Notes: generated by a model from the letters alone, not told the origin. A DNA stretch of 64,000 bases from Bacteroidales bacterium (GCA_963668555.2 CAXXIC010000001.1:1493662-1557661); one strand, 5' to 3'; positions 49,971-60,983 are shown, counted from the stretch's first letter. A program made the numbers and translations.

Positions 49971-51209
49971 CTATTTGAATAAATGAAGATCAATGGATTC
50001 TCCCATTCTTCGATATCCCTTTTCGTTAGGGTGTAGAAAATCATTATCATGCATATCTGAAAGGATCGTTTTCGGCTCATTTGGATTTTCCATAATCTTA
50101 TCAAAATCAATCACAGCATCAAACCGACCACTGTTTCTGATCCATGCATTTACGGAATCTCTGGCTGACTGGCGAAAATCTTTATCATAGAATGATTTTG
50201 CAAAGGGTAGGATCGTAGCGCCATACACTTTGATTCTTTTGGCATGAGCCTTGTCAATCATCTGGCTATACGCATTAATTAAATCATTTGCTACCTTAGG
50301 TGCCATTTCGGCTGTTTTTACACCTCCAATATCATTGATACCTTCCAGAATAATCAACCAACGAACATTGCTTTGGGACAGAATATCCCGATCAAAACGG
50401 CTAACACCAGTAGGTCCAAGCCCTCCTCTGACCACGCAGTTTCCACCTATCCCCAGATTCAAAACGCCGACCTGACTTGTTGCCGGATCTTCCAATAACC
50501 TTTGTGAAAGAATATCCGTCCAACGATTTTGCCTGTTTGTTCCCGAACCACGACCATCTGTAATGGAATTACCTAATACAGCTATGCATCCGGCTTGCGA
50601 TGTAGTCAATACATCGATTCCGTTTATTACATACCAATGATCGGTTTTGATAGCTCCGCTGAAGTCTGCCGAAGCGATCTGATTTCCAGCGAGAATATAT
50701 GAGGTAGTGCGTGACCCCGGGTGACCGGTTACGTCAGGTGATGTTGTTCCGAAATAGATTGTGATGGCTAACTTCGAACCGAGCTTCAGGTTAAAGGATA
50801 AAGGATCAGAAACCACCTCTCCATTGGGAGAGATGATAGCTTCCTTTTTAGTTCCAAACCTTAATACCTTTTGGGTCGATGCATCGATAGCTCCTCCTTC
50901 TTTAGCAACGGCGACAGCAACTGATTTCAGGGTTACCGGGCTTTTACTGAAAACATTTGAGAGACGCAGTCTGAGCACTTCTCCACCGATAGAAACCCGT
51001 ACAACCTGACGTATCGTATTATTGGACAGCCCCGGCGCAGGAGGCATATTATTTGGTTCAACCAACATGGGAGCTGTACTCCAGGTTCCTACCCATTTAT
51101 TTGATTCTTTACGGTCACTTTTTGACTTAATACTTGCACATCCTGACAGACCTAAAAGAGCCAGTACTACTACCCCAATTAGGGTATTCTTAAATTGCTT
51201 TATTCTCAT
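49971..51209 (-). CDS. SGNH/GDSL carbohydrate esterase, lipoprotein
   Basis: Lipobox LSGC; GNSITDG (Ser), GIGGN, EGINDI and DFLHP motifs; start MRIKQ chosen. Confidence 0.88.
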   Translation of the reverse strand: MRIKQFKNTLIGVVVLALLGLSGCASIKSKSDRKESNKWVGTWSTAPMLVEPNNMPPAPGLSNNTIRQVVRVSIGGEVLRLRLSNVFSKSPVTLKSVAVAVAKEGGAIDASTQKVLRFGTKKEAIISPNGEVVSDPLSFNLKLGSKLAITIYFGTTSPDVTGHPGSRTTSYILAGNQIASADFSGAIKTDHWYVINGIDVLTTSQAGCIAVLGNSITDGRGSGTNRQNRWTDILSQRLLEDPATSQVGVLNLGIGGNCVVRGGLGPTGVSRFDRDILSQSNVRWLIILEGINDIGGVKTAEMAPKVANDLINAYSQMIDKAHAKRIKVYGATILPFAKSFYDKDFRQSARDSVNAWIRNSGRFDAVIDFDKIMENPNEPKTILSDMHDNDFLHPNEKGYRRMGESIDLHLFK

Positions 51210-51338
51210 TTTATTTTGGATTAAATCTCCACCAGTTAAAGTTAACCAGGCACCTTCATATACTTTTGAAGACAAAATAAATACTTTTCATCACGACTTC
51301 AAAAGCGTAGTTCACGAGAAGCCTTAAAATGGCTATTA

Positions 51339-53816
51339 TTATTTGCAAACCAGTGTATAAGATTTACCTGCTACTGTAGGTATATCATAAACAAAAGTTG
51401 ACTTCAGAGCTATCGAATTCAATTTAGCAGAATCGGAAATAAGCGGTTCCTTAACTTTTTCTGTTGCAAAGAAGGGATTTGGATTTTTACCTGTAGCTGC
51501 AATCAACTTCTGACCACCGCTCAAAAGAATCTCGTTGGGAACGCGAAGACGGCAGTTTCCTCCCAAATTCGACTTAATGATTATCTTTTGCACTTTGTTA
51601 TTATCCCAAACGATACTTACTTCAAAACCGCCGTAAGTGCGGAGTCCGCTGATACTACCCTTTTTCCAGTCATCTGGTAATGCCGGCAAAATATGAATCG
51701 CACCGTCTTGACCTTGCAAAAGCATCTCGGCAATGCCTGCTGTGCAACCGAAATTCCCATCAATCTGGAATGGCGGGTGAGCATCAAACAGGTTAGGATA
51801 AGTTCCCCCATTGTTGCCTGAATTTACCGGATCAACCAATGTCAACTGATCAGTAATCAGTTTCTTTGCATGATTTCCATCTAGCAGACGCGCCCAAAGA
51901 TTAACTTTCCAGCCCATAGACCATCCGGTTGAAACATCCCCTCGATGAATAAGGACGCTGCGCGCTGCATCAAACAATTCCGGAGTTGAATTTGGTGAAA
52001 TCTGATTACCCGGGTACAAACCATAGAGGTGAGACACGTGTCTGTGTGTGTCATCCGGATTATCCCAGTCGCCAATCCATTCCTGCAACTGACCGTACCG
52101 ACCGATTTGCATAGGAGGCAGGCGATCCTGTATTTTCTGGAATTCGGCCATCAGCTCCTTATCTTTCTTCAGCAATTTCGCAGCCTTAATAGTTTTGGTA
52201 AACAGATCGAAAAGAATCTGATTATCCATAGTATTTCCGTATGACAGTGCACTTCCCTGATGACCGCCCGGAGTATTCTCAGGGGAAACGGATGGACTGA
52301 CTACCAACCATTTGTGCGTGGGCTCTTCGATCAGGAAGTCCTGATAAAATTCACACGCTGATTTTAAGATCGGATATACCGACTCCAGATATTTAAGATC
52401 ACCATTGTAGAGATATTTTTCCCACAAATGCTGTGACAACCAGGCTCCACCCATCGGCCACTGACCGGCATTAGCAAAATCGACCACACCATTAATGCGC
52501 CAGATATCAGTATTGTGATGAGCTACCCAACCGTCACATCCGTACATGGTTTTGGCAGTCTCTTTGCCGGTTACCGACAATTCTTTGAGCATTTGTACAA
52601 GCGGCTCGTGCATTTCCGACATATTACACTTCTCTGCCGGCCAATAATTCATCTCAGTGTTGATATTGATCGTGTACTTGCTTCCCCATGCCGGACGAAT
52701 ACTTCCATTCCAGATTCCCTGTAGGTTAGCCACTTGTCCGCCGGGCTGTGAAGAGCAAATCAGCAAATAACGACCAAACTGATAATACATAGAAACCAGT
52801 TCCGGATCGTAGGATTTAGAGAAATTTTTCACCCGTTCATCGGTTGGTAGTTTTGCGGCAGGAGAAGTCCCCAGATCAAAACTAACCCGTTTGAAATACT
52901 TTTGGAAAGCCGCAATATGGCTTGCCAAAATTTTCGTATACGGTTTCGCTCCAACGGCAGACAGATAGGCTGCGCATTTTTCCGATTCGTTAGCTGTCAG
53001 GGTTTTATAATCGACAAAGTTAGTTGCCATGGAAACCAGAATGACTACCTCATTGGCATTGCTGACTTTAATCTTACTGTCGACTACAGCAGTAGTTCCA
53101 CCTGTATTAATGATTTTTGCACGTGCATCAAACTTTACCTGCCCTGTAACTCCGCCATTTGTACTTGAGAGCCCGGTCATTTCCAGAGTATTGGCATTGA
53201 TCGCATTGGATGATTTCTGCAACTGACTGTCAAAATTGGCTGTAAATGAAACTTTTCCCGGTTTGCTGGCTGTCAGCCTTACCACAATTACCTGATCGGG
53301 TTGAGATGCAAATACTTCTCTTTTGTAGGTAACGCCATTGGCTTTGAACGTGGTGGTGAATACTGCTTTTTCCAGGTCCAGTTCACGATAATAATCTGTG
53401 AAGTTTTCACTTCCTGCAAATGCGAGGTTCAGATTACCAACGCACTGAAACATCGCCCCATGCAATTTTTTGGCGGTCAGATATTTGTTGGATAGCTTAT
53501 TGGCAAAAGCGTGCTCTCCTTTAAAAATAGCCTGACGGATAGAATCTAATCCCACAAATCCATCAGGATTATCATTTCGTGACGGTCCTCCTGACCAGAA
53601 AGAACTTTCATTAAGTTGTAATTTTTCATTAACCGGATCGCCAAATACCATAGCAGCCAGTCTGCCATTCCCGATCGGAAGCGCTTCGTTCCAAACCTTA
53701 GCCGGCTTGTCGTACCACAACTTAAGTTTACCCCCCTGCGCCTGCACATGGATCAGTGATAGCGTAAAGCTGATTAAAATCAATAGTAAACTCTTCGTTT
53801 TACTCTTGTGTTTCAT
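51339..53816 (-). CDS. GH95 alpha-L-fucosidase/alpha-L-galactosidase
   Basis: LPIGNG, QFGRYLLI, YTININTEMNYW, HRHVSHL and HPPFQIDGNFG motifs. Confidence 0.95.
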   Translation of the reverse strand: MKHKSKTKSLLLILISFTLSLIHVQAQGGKLKLWYDKPAKVWNEALPIGNGRLAAMVFGDPVNEKLQLNESSFWSGGPSRNDNPDGFVGLDSIRQAIFKGEHAFANKLSNKYLTAKKLHGAMFQCVGNLNLAFAGSENFTDYYRELDLEKAVFTTTFKANGVTYKREVFASQPDQVIVVRLTASKPGKVSFTANFDSQLQKSSNAINANTLEMTGLSSTNGGVTGQVKFDARAKIINTGGTTAVVDSKIKVSNANEVVILVSMATNFVDYKTLTANESEKCAAYLSAVGAKPYTKILASHIAAFQKYFKRVSFDLGTSPAAKLPTDERVKNFSKSYDPELVSMYYQFGRYLLICSSQPGGQVANLQGIWNGSIRPAWGSKYTININTEMNYWPAEKCNMSEMHEPLVQMLKELSVTGKETAKTMYGCDGWVAHHNTDIWRINGVVDFANAGQWPMGGAWLSQHLWEKYLYNGDLKYLESVYPILKSACEFYQDFLIEEPTHKWLVVSPSVSPENTPGGHQGSALSYGNTMDNQILFDLFTKTIKAAKLLKKDKELMAEFQKIQDRLPPMQIGRYGQLQEWIGDWDNPDDTHRHVSHLYGLYPGNQISPNSTPELFDAARSVLIHRGDVSTGWSMGWKVNLWARLLDGNHAKKLITDQLTLVDPVNSGNNGGTYPNLFDAHPPFQIDGNFGCTAGIAEMLLQGQDGAIHILPALPDDWKKGSISGLRTYGGFEVSIVWDNNKVQKIIIKSNLGGNCRLRVPNEILLSGGQKLIAATGKNPNPFFATEKVKEPLISDSAKLNSIALKSTFVYDIPTVAGKSYTLVCK

Positions 53817-54187
53817 AGTGATTATTCAATTTCGATTTATAATTATGTTTTATCAATATCTTACATGAGATTATTCTGTTAATCGGTTTACCCAATACCT
53901 CTCGAGAGATACCGGTTTCAGTCCGGTGTAAATAATTAGATTGAAACCCGACCAATAACTGAACACTATACCACAAAACAAAAATAAAACACATATAAGA
54001 GTTACATTTATACTTTCAGACATACTATTCATCATATTGAATATATTCGTAAGTAAAAGGGATCCAAAAAGGATTTTGCTTTCCACGAAAGAAATGCTGT
54101 TGTCTGATGATAGTACATAGAAACCAATTATCATCAGGATTTATTCAGTAATAAAGGCTTTATGAGCAATCCGACGCACACAAAAAA

Positions 54188-54219
54188 ATAGGCTATTTCC
54201 ACAAACGGAAATAGCCTAT
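54188..54219 (-). terminator. Terminator after GH98
   Basis: 13-bp arms ATAGGCTATTTCC / GGAAATAGCCTAT with an adjacent A run. Confidence 0.85.
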
Positions 54220-54245
54220 CTACATATATCAATATCTACAGGATA

Positions 54246-57200
54246 CTATTTAATCAACACTTTGGATGAAATAACAGATCCATCAGACATCAGATTTCTT
54301 ACGATATACAACCCTCTCAGATTATTTTTGAAATTATAAACCCTGAGACCTGTAATAGTATAGTATTCTCTAGCAACGATGGTCAAATCATCTTTTGCAA
54401 CCGAAGTTACAGCTAATGGCGAACCTCCTGCATTTTCAATACCATAGAAGGTTATGTTATCCACATAAAAGTCGACATTTCCAACCCCCAAACCCCATAC
54501 AAGCTGAGTTGCTCCGGATTGATACGAAGCGAAAGCGTCAGAAGCAGTGGCACCCGGACTCCATGTAATACTATCCGTTGAATACTCCAGTTTTAAGGAA
54601 ACGTTTGAACTACCAGAAACAGTTGCGCGATACCAAACCTGTTGTCCAGCTGTCGGAACTAATGTACTGACACTTGAATTTACCTGCATTGATAGTTGAT
54701 TAAGTGTAGAATTCGACTTGTAAATTCTAAATTCTGTATGCTTTGTTGTCCCTGCATTTGCAGTATAAACAATGAAAAGATACCCTTGCATGATTCCCTG
54801 AACATAGCCGGTTGTTGCATCTCCAACCTTAGTTGCATCTCCTCTGAGAAGAACCCCTGCTTTATAGTCAGAAGTAGAAGAACCCACACATTGTTTCCAG
54901 GTAACAGAATAATCTGTACTTTTCCCGGAAAATAAGCCTAGATCAACCACTCCCGTTGCATTTCTAAGACCACCTCCGTATGGTTTAAATACATTACTGG
55001 CAACATTTTGTGCATTAGTGTAACTTACAACACCGGCTGTAGCACCGTTTCCCTGACCAATAGAAGTATTCAAAGCAGGAGGTGTGCTTGCACTCGTTGT
55101 TGCGATATCACTTGAAAAATCATATTTTTTGGTCACAGAAAGAGGTACAACTGATCCATTTAGACTTACGCTACAACCTGTTACTCCCTTAGAGCTGATT
55201 GAGACCTCACCACTGTAGCTATTTATACCCAGGCCAGATTTCAACCGTACATAAACAGGGGTTGAAGCAATTGCTCCGCCATTTGATACAAGTGTCAATG
55301 ACGAAGAATAACCTGAACCTGACGATAACGATATTTCATAGTTCGCAGAAGCCTGAATCACAATATTATCGGTAAGCGATTTTCCTGAAACGGTAAATGT
55401 CTGACTGGAAGATGCACCTAATCCCTGCATATACTTAAATCCGGACAATGTGTAATGAGATGTTGATACACTTCCCGATAAATAGGAGATATTATCCATT
55501 ACCCAGCTAAAGTTATTGGAATTTAACCCCCATACTAGCTCTGTTGATCCCGAAGTATAAGTAGCGTCAGTAAATGTTGCGGTAGTTCCTCCTACCCAGT
55601 TGAGACTATCACTCGAACATTCAAATACCAGTTTATCACCTACAGCCGTTGCCCGATACCAACATGGTTGACCGGTCAATACTTTAAAACTACTTGTATA
55701 AGCCGGTTGCGCTGTTAAGCCATTTGCACCTGCTATATAGGGGTTTAATGTAACCGTATTGTCGTCATTATTCTGAGCGACAAACAGATATCCCTGCTTC
55801 ATACCTGATGCATACGGACATGATCCATTACTGCCTGTTCCTCTCAGCAGAATACCTTTTTTTGCGCCGGTCGCTCCAAAATTTTCTTTCCAAACAACAC
55901 AATAATCAGATGCTGATGGAGAAAATAAATCTAAATCAGCAACACCTGTTCCATTGGTTGTTCCGGCAGAATATGCCTTAAAGCAATTGCTGGTTTTATT
56001 GTTGGCATCTGTGTATGAATACACTCCGGCTGTTCCGCTCTGAACGGTAACAAACTGGGCAGCAGGAGTACTGGCGCTTGTTGTAGCCTCATCGCTCGTA
56101 AAATCATAACAGGTAGCTCCATTGTCCTGCGAAACAACAATATTATCAAATATCACACTATAGGCTCCTGCTCCGTTTGCTTTAAATGTAATGCTATTAC
56201 TACCTGCATTCAGAGTTACATACTGGGTATTAACTGCCCAGTCGCTTACTGACGATGTTTGAGTGAAGGTCGGAGTAGCTACTTTAATTCCATTAACATA
56301 CAAATCGATAGTATTTACAGCTCCACCAACAGTTGAATATTTGGTTTGAAGCTTATAGATACCATTTTTCAGTACTGTAACTGTATCTCTAATTGATGCT
56401 GCAGAGTTAGTACCGAATTGTATATATCCTTGACCTGTATAATTACGAACAGTCTTATCATAACCACCTGTTACTACACTTGAAACGCTTTTACGATCAA
56501 AACATTCTGCTTCGTATTGCCGGGGACCTGTATAAATTGCAGGTTGAGCAGGTGCAGATAGTACAGCTGAAGTGAATGTGGTAAGACGATCTGTTGCTGT
56601 ACCTGAGCAATTAACTGTAATATCCACCGGACCATTATGATTTATAGCCAAAGTAAGAACCCCTCCTGACCAATCTTTTGTAACTGTACTGGCCTGATGG
56701 TTACCCCGTTCAATGTATGACCATGTTGGTTCCGTAGTGCTTCCGTAAATTTTTATTGTATCTGGCTTTAAACCGGTAATTACTTCATCGTCATAGTTGC
56801 TCAGATAGAATGTCACTTTATTAGCATATTCCCTTACTACACCTGAAGTATATTGCGAGTATTTCAGGTACATGTGATCACAGGTATTATATTTGAAAGG
56901 AATGGTCGCACTAGCCTTTTGGTTAGTTTTATATGGATTGTATGTTACCCAGCCATTCTCTATCCGTCCAACATAAAGATCACCGTTGTATTCCTGAGGG
57001 AACATAGCATTGAGTTCTGTTACTTTGCTCGAAACGCTTGGCCAACGAGTATTATATGCCGACTTGTTCACTTTAACCTGAAAAGAATTGGCATCGGCAT
57101 CATTTAGCATATAAACGGTCGGGATGGTCGGATATCGCCCTGTTTTCTTAAAAGGAGTCTTATTGTTTTCATAATTTCCATCACTATCCATTCGGTAGAG

Positions 57201-58355
57201 ACCTTCAAACAAAGTTTGGGGCGAGCTGTAAATGGCATTATCATCACCTGAATTTACATCATTAACCACCACCACCTTCGTACGGTCAATTACTTCCTTT
57301 CGACTGGGTATGCGCACTGTACCATCCAGTATTTTACGAAAAACATCCACCATTACATTATCAAAATGAGAGAAAGTACTCCAATTTCTTCTCGTATAAC
57401 CATCGGAAGTTGTCGATGTGTAATTTTCCTTAAAGCAATTTGTCCAAATGATCTCAGGACCATCAATCACTGTTTGTCCTGTTAACATAACATGTTCGAG
57501 ATGTAGTGGTCCCGCTGTAGCCAGCGTAAAATTTTTGTTCACACCTGTGGAGTCTGTCCACCCGGTATTATCATAACGGATACCGTATTGTCCACTATAG
57601 CCAGAGAGGTAAGCCCCCAGACATGTACTCTCAACATCTGAAATGTAAGATGTCTGGGTGTACTTCTCACTAAGTATATAATTCTTAGCATATTGCCGAC
57701 AAGCAGCCGCAAAACTCGAATTGCGTTTTAGCATACCAATCGGGTTAATAGATGGCCCCCACTGGTTTGCGCACCAACTAACTGACAAATACCCACCGTA
57801 TTTATTACTAAGTTTAAGCAAATCCGAAAAATGATTAATACGATCCATCCATTTGGGAGAAAGAGGATCGGTTGCGTCGTCAAAACCCCAGAACTGTTCA
57901 GCATAATTGAAGCCGATAAAGTTTGGGTAATCCCGGAAGAATTCTTCATACACAGTAAGATCGAAGTCCGAAAATTGACAATATCCGCCACTGGCAGGTT
58001 GTACCATTGCCCACATACCATTCTCGGCACAAGTTCTAACCCATGATTTAGCAATCTCATAACCGTATTCTGCTACTTTAAACCGACTAGTGGCCACATC
58101 ATGACTTATCGACAACGAAATATTCATCACCACATAAGGGCGGATGTCTTTAGGTATCAAGTCAATAATTTTCTGAGGATCCGCATAGTTCCATGTGTCA
58201 ATATGGATCAGCCACATGGGGCTTGATGGAGAAATAGGGCGCCGTAAAGGAGCTTGGGATTGAGCGCTAACATCAAATAGCGCAACAAAACTCAGGAAAA
58301 ACAGAGTTGTCAAAAAGACACTCTTTTTCCACTTCGATAAAATAGTAATTTTCAT
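54246..58355 (-). CDS. Multimodular GH98-family glycosidase with CBM35-like module, duplicated beta-sandwich modules and probable T9SS C-terminal domain
   Basis: N-terminal LRRPISP..PMWLIHIDTWN and GFNYAEQFWG motifs; YEAE/YTGQGYIQF CBM motif; C-terminal YYTITGLRV...GLYIV...SKVLIK; start MKITIL chosen. Confidence 0.85.
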   Translation of the reverse strand: MKITILSKWKKSVFLTTLFFLSFVALFDVSAQSQAPLRRPISPSSPMWLIHIDTWNYADPQKIIDLIPKDIRPYVVMNISLSISHDVATSRFKVAEYGYEIAKSWVRTCAENGMWAMVQPASGGYCQFSDFDLTVYEEFFRDYPNFIGFNYAEQFWGFDDATDPLSPKWMDRINHFSDLLKLSNKYGGYLSVSWCANQWGPSINPIGMLKRNSSFAAACRQYAKNYILSEKYTQTSYISDVESTCLGAYLSGYSGQYGIRYDNTGWTDSTGVNKNFTLATAGPLHLEHVMLTGQTVIDGPEIIWTNCFKENYTSTTSDGYTRRNWSTFSHFDNVMVDVFRKILDGTVRIPSRKEVIDRTKVVVVNDVNSGDDNAIYSSPQTLFEGLYRMDSDGNYENNKTPFKKTGRYPTIPTVYMLNDADANSFQVKVNKSAYNTRWPSVSSKVTELNAMFPQEYNGDLYVGRIENGWVTYNPYKTNQKASATIPFKYNTCDHMYLKYSQYTSGVVREYANKVTFYLSNYDDEVITGLKPDTIKIYGSTTEPTWSYIERGNHQASTVTKDWSGGVLTLAINHNGPVDITVNCSGTATDRLTTFTSAVLSAPAQPAIYTGPRQYEAECFDRKSVSSVVTGGYDKTVRNYTGQGYIQFGTNSAASIRDTVTVLKNGIYKLQTKYSTVGGAVNTIDLYVNGIKVATPTFTQTSSVSDWAVNTQYVTLNAGSNSITFKANGAGAYSVIFDNIVVSQDNGATCYDFTSDEATTSASTPAAQFVTVQSGTAGVYSYTDANNKTSNCFKAYSAGTTNGTGVADLDLFSPSASDYCVVWKENFGATGAKKGILLRGTGSNGSCPYASGMKQGYLFVAQNNDDNTVTLNPYIAGANGLTAQPAYTSSFKVLTGQPCWYRATAVGDKLVFECSSDSLNWVGGTTATFTDATYTSGSTELVWGLNSNNFSWVMDNISYLSGSVSTSHYTLSGFKYMQGLGASSSQTFTVSGKSLTDNIVIQASANYEISLSSGSGYSSSLTLVSNGGAIASTPVYVRLKSGLGINSYSGEVSISSKGVTGCSVSLNGSVVPLSVTKKYDFSSDIATTSASTPPALNTSIGQGNGATAGVVSYTNAQNVASNVFKPYGGGLRNATGVVDLGLFSGKSTDYSVTWKQCVGSSTSDYKAGVLLRGDATKVGDATTGYVQGIMQGYLFIVYTANAGTTKHTEFRIYKSNSTLNQLSMQVNSSVSTLVPTAGQQVWYRATVSGSSNVSLKLEYSTDSITWSPGATASDAFASYQSGATQLVWGLGVGNVDFYVDNITFYGIENAGGSPLAVTSVAKDDLTIVAREYYTITGLRVYNFKNNLRGLYIVRNLMSDGSVISSKVLIK

Positions 58356-58585
58356 CTTGATAAGGTTGAGTCTTAAGGTTAACAAATACAAATTACAGAG
58401 AAGTAACAAAAGTAATAGCTCATCCCGGGCAGCATTAGCATTCTCAGATATTCAATTTGACAATCCAGACTTATTTTGAGTTCCTTCTGCCTGACTCTGT
58501 AAATTTAGCGGACGACGAATCAAGCAGTATCCAACTAAAAAACAACAGACTCACCTTAAGGCTTAAGGTCAACGCTACACAGGAT

Positions 58586-60970
58586 TTAATCCGTCACCAA
58601 TTTATCCAGTCTGTTTTTCAGCTCTGTACCCCAATAATGTTGTGTATTATTCTCGATCACTGCCCCGTTCTTATTGACAATCATAAAATGGGGAATGCCG
58701 TTGATTTTGTATTGAGCAGCCAGTTGGTTCCATTCATCGCGGGGGATCCGCAAATGCTCACCTTTGATGTCTTTGATAAAATCATTGTAAGGCTCTAACG
58801 GAGAGGCTTCTTCATCGGTGATATAAATGAATTTCACTTTCTTATCCTTATACTCATCGGGCATATCTTTACGATTGGTCATTCCTGAACGACAAGGACC
58901 GCAGCTGGTTGACCAGAAGTCGATCGCCAGTATGTCTCCTTTGTATTTTTCAATCAGTTTGTGCAGAATCCGTTCACCAGATGTTACCGGAGCTTTCGAC
59001 TGTATAGTTTTCTCATTTTGAAGAGCGACCTTTTCCTTATTGATACGGACTAATTCGCTTTGTAAGAAGGGTGTCTTAAATAGGGGTTTCAGTAAATCTA
59101 ACTGTGCCGGGCTAAACGGTTGTGTTTTAAACTCAGAACACATTGCCCTGAGCATAATGATTTCATAGATTAATCCCGGCTCTACACCCAGCTTCTGACG
59201 TAGGATTGCTTTCTGGATATCACAGGAATGGATTTTGTTCAGGATGTTAATCAATGTCTTATGTCGGCTCGAAAAGATCTCTTTCGCTTTAATGAAGCTA
59301 TTCCATTTTGCGGTGTCCTGGCCAAAGGTTCCAACTGAAGCGAATAGCTCTTGTTCTGCCGGCGTAGGGGTAATATTCATTTTCTCAAGAACAGATAGCA
59401 GAGCCGGAAAACTATCGACGCCTGCTACAAAATTCTTATCTATGACTTTCCAACTCATAATGCCGGCCAGTTCTTTGTGCTCCAGCTCCATTCCGGCAAA
59501 ATCAGCAGGAGTTATGAGAGGAGCATATTCCAGTCGGTTGATGACAGAGCTAAAGTCATACATTACAGGTAAAAGAGACTGGTTGGCAAAGAGGTCTTTC
59601 AAGAAATCATGGTAGGAAATATCCCGTAACACTTGCTTTGTAGAATCATCATTTGCTTTAAATTGCAGATTCATCAAATAATCCAGAATATATCCATAAC
59701 ATTTTGTGTCAATCTGCAGCGACTTTAGCTGTACTGCTTTTGGAGATAGCTGATTTTGTTGCACATAGGCATTGAAAGCGCCGATATCGGCTTGTCTCTC
59801 TTTTAACCGATTGGCTTTGAAATCGGAGGGTGAAAGCTCTGTATCCTTGTGATATGTCATATAATTGCGTTCACCAATATTCTCCATAGCATATAAATCA
59901 TAATTCTCCAAAGCATGATTTCCCATGAACTGTCTCGGGTATTCTTCTTTTTTCGTACCTAAATTCAGATAAAGCATCGTTTTATCACCGGGCTCCATAT
60001 ATATACAGCACAACTCTCTTCCGATCCGGAATGTAAGCATAGTCGGTTGGATCAAATCAAACTTTGCTTCAAAGCGCCCATCCGGTTGAAATGTCAGGAG
60101 AGCAGGGTAATCCTCCCTTGTCAGATTGTTTTGCACATAAATCAGATCGGTCTTGAATCCGAGCTTGGGTGAGTAGCCTTTCAAATACCCCCGTAGGATG
60201 GTCTCTTTCCGGCCAAAAGGCAATGACGTTAAAGCGGGTTCTCTCTTGGTTTTGTATTCAGCACGGAATGTTTTTTGGCGGCTATAGGTCTGCATCGGGC
60301 TTTTACCTTCTGCAATCATCAGCTTGTCGTCTGAAACCGGAAGCAGGGTTAGGGTTACGGATCGTTTTCCGTTTTTGAGTACCATGGTGGTTGATTTCCC
60401 TTGCTTGCTGACAGACTGATATTGCCAGAAATCATTTTTATAAATCGCCAGTTTGTCGGAAAGGCCCAATGCCCACTCGTTACTTCCGTCCGTTTTGAGC
60501 CAGTTGCCTTCCAATGCTTCCGGCAAAACAGCCTTTCTTTTTGAAGGATTAATCTCAACGCCAAAGATCTTAAACGCTCCGTCGATGTTGTCTCCTTCAA
60601 TAAAATCAATTTTAGATAATTTCTTGTCAATCGGAGGATAGACCAAAGAGAAATGGACTTTTCCAGATTCGGGCATATACCATTTATCGCCCAGTTGACC
60701 GTTATACCCTATCGCGTATTTGCAGTAAATTTTGTTTCCACCCTCGGAGTTGATGAGGTAATTCTTTTTTGCGAATATGATCCATTGTCCGGGAGTGCTA
60801 CTGACAGTGAAATCAAGCACGGTGGCCGTATCACTGAGTGAGATACGGTCAATAATTACGTTGGGTTGCGTTGCAGCTTCTACCTTGGGAGATTTAATTA
60901 CGCGGGGTTGCGCAATCCCTGCCTGACCGAGCAGGATCAGCAATAGAATGAGGAGGATGTGTTTGTTCAT
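58586..60970 (-). CDS. Large secreted TlpA-like (thioredoxin-fold C-terminus) protein
   Basis: Signal peptide MNKHILLILLL; C-terminal IDFWSTSCGPC and INGIPHFMIVNKNG; start at 60970 chosen. Confidence 0.85.
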   Translation of the reverse strand: MNKHILLILLLILLGQAGIAQPRVIKSPKVEAATQPNVIIDRISLSDTATVLDFTVSSTPGQWIIFAKKNYLINSEGGNKIYCKYAIGYNGQLGDKWYMPESGKVHFSLVYPPIDKKLSKIDFIEGDNIDGAFKIFGVEINPSKRKAVLPEALEGNWLKTDGSNEWALGLSDKLAIYKNDFWQYQSVSKQGKSTTMVLKNGKRSVTLTLLPVSDDKLMIAEGKSPMQTYSRQKTFRAEYKTKREPALTSLPFGRKETILRGYLKGYSPKLGFKTDLIYVQNNLTREDYPALLTFQPDGRFEAKFDLIQPTMLTFRIGRELCCIYMEPGDKTMLYLNLGTKKEEYPRQFMGNHALENYDLYAMENIGERNYMTYHKDTELSPSDFKANRLKERQADIGAFNAYVQQNQLSPKAVQLKSLQIDTKCYGYILDYLMNLQFKANDDSTKQVLRDISYHDFLKDLFANQSLLPVMYDFSSVINRLEYAPLITPADFAGMELEHKELAGIMSWKVIDKNFVAGVDSFPALLSVLEKMNITPTPAEQELFASVGTFGQDTAKWNSFIKAKEIFSSRHKTLINILNKIHSCDIQKAILRQKLGVEPGLIYEIIMLRAMCSEFKTQPFSPAQLDLLKPLFKTPFLQSELVRINKEKVALQNEKTIQSKAPVTSGERILHKLIEKYKGDILAIDFWSTSCGPCRSGMTNRKDMPDEYKDKKVKFIYITDEEASPLEPYNDFIKDIKGEHLRIPRDEWNQLAAQYKINGIPHFMIVNKNGAVIENNTQHYWGTELKNRLDKLVTD

Positions 60971-60983
60971 TTGGATGGTCTGT

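Noticed and set aside
53871-54134. 87-aa hydrophobic ORF between GH98 and GH95
   Set aside because: Low-complexity AT-rich composition, follows a strong terminator, and no family recognised. Cannot be supported, though not excluded.
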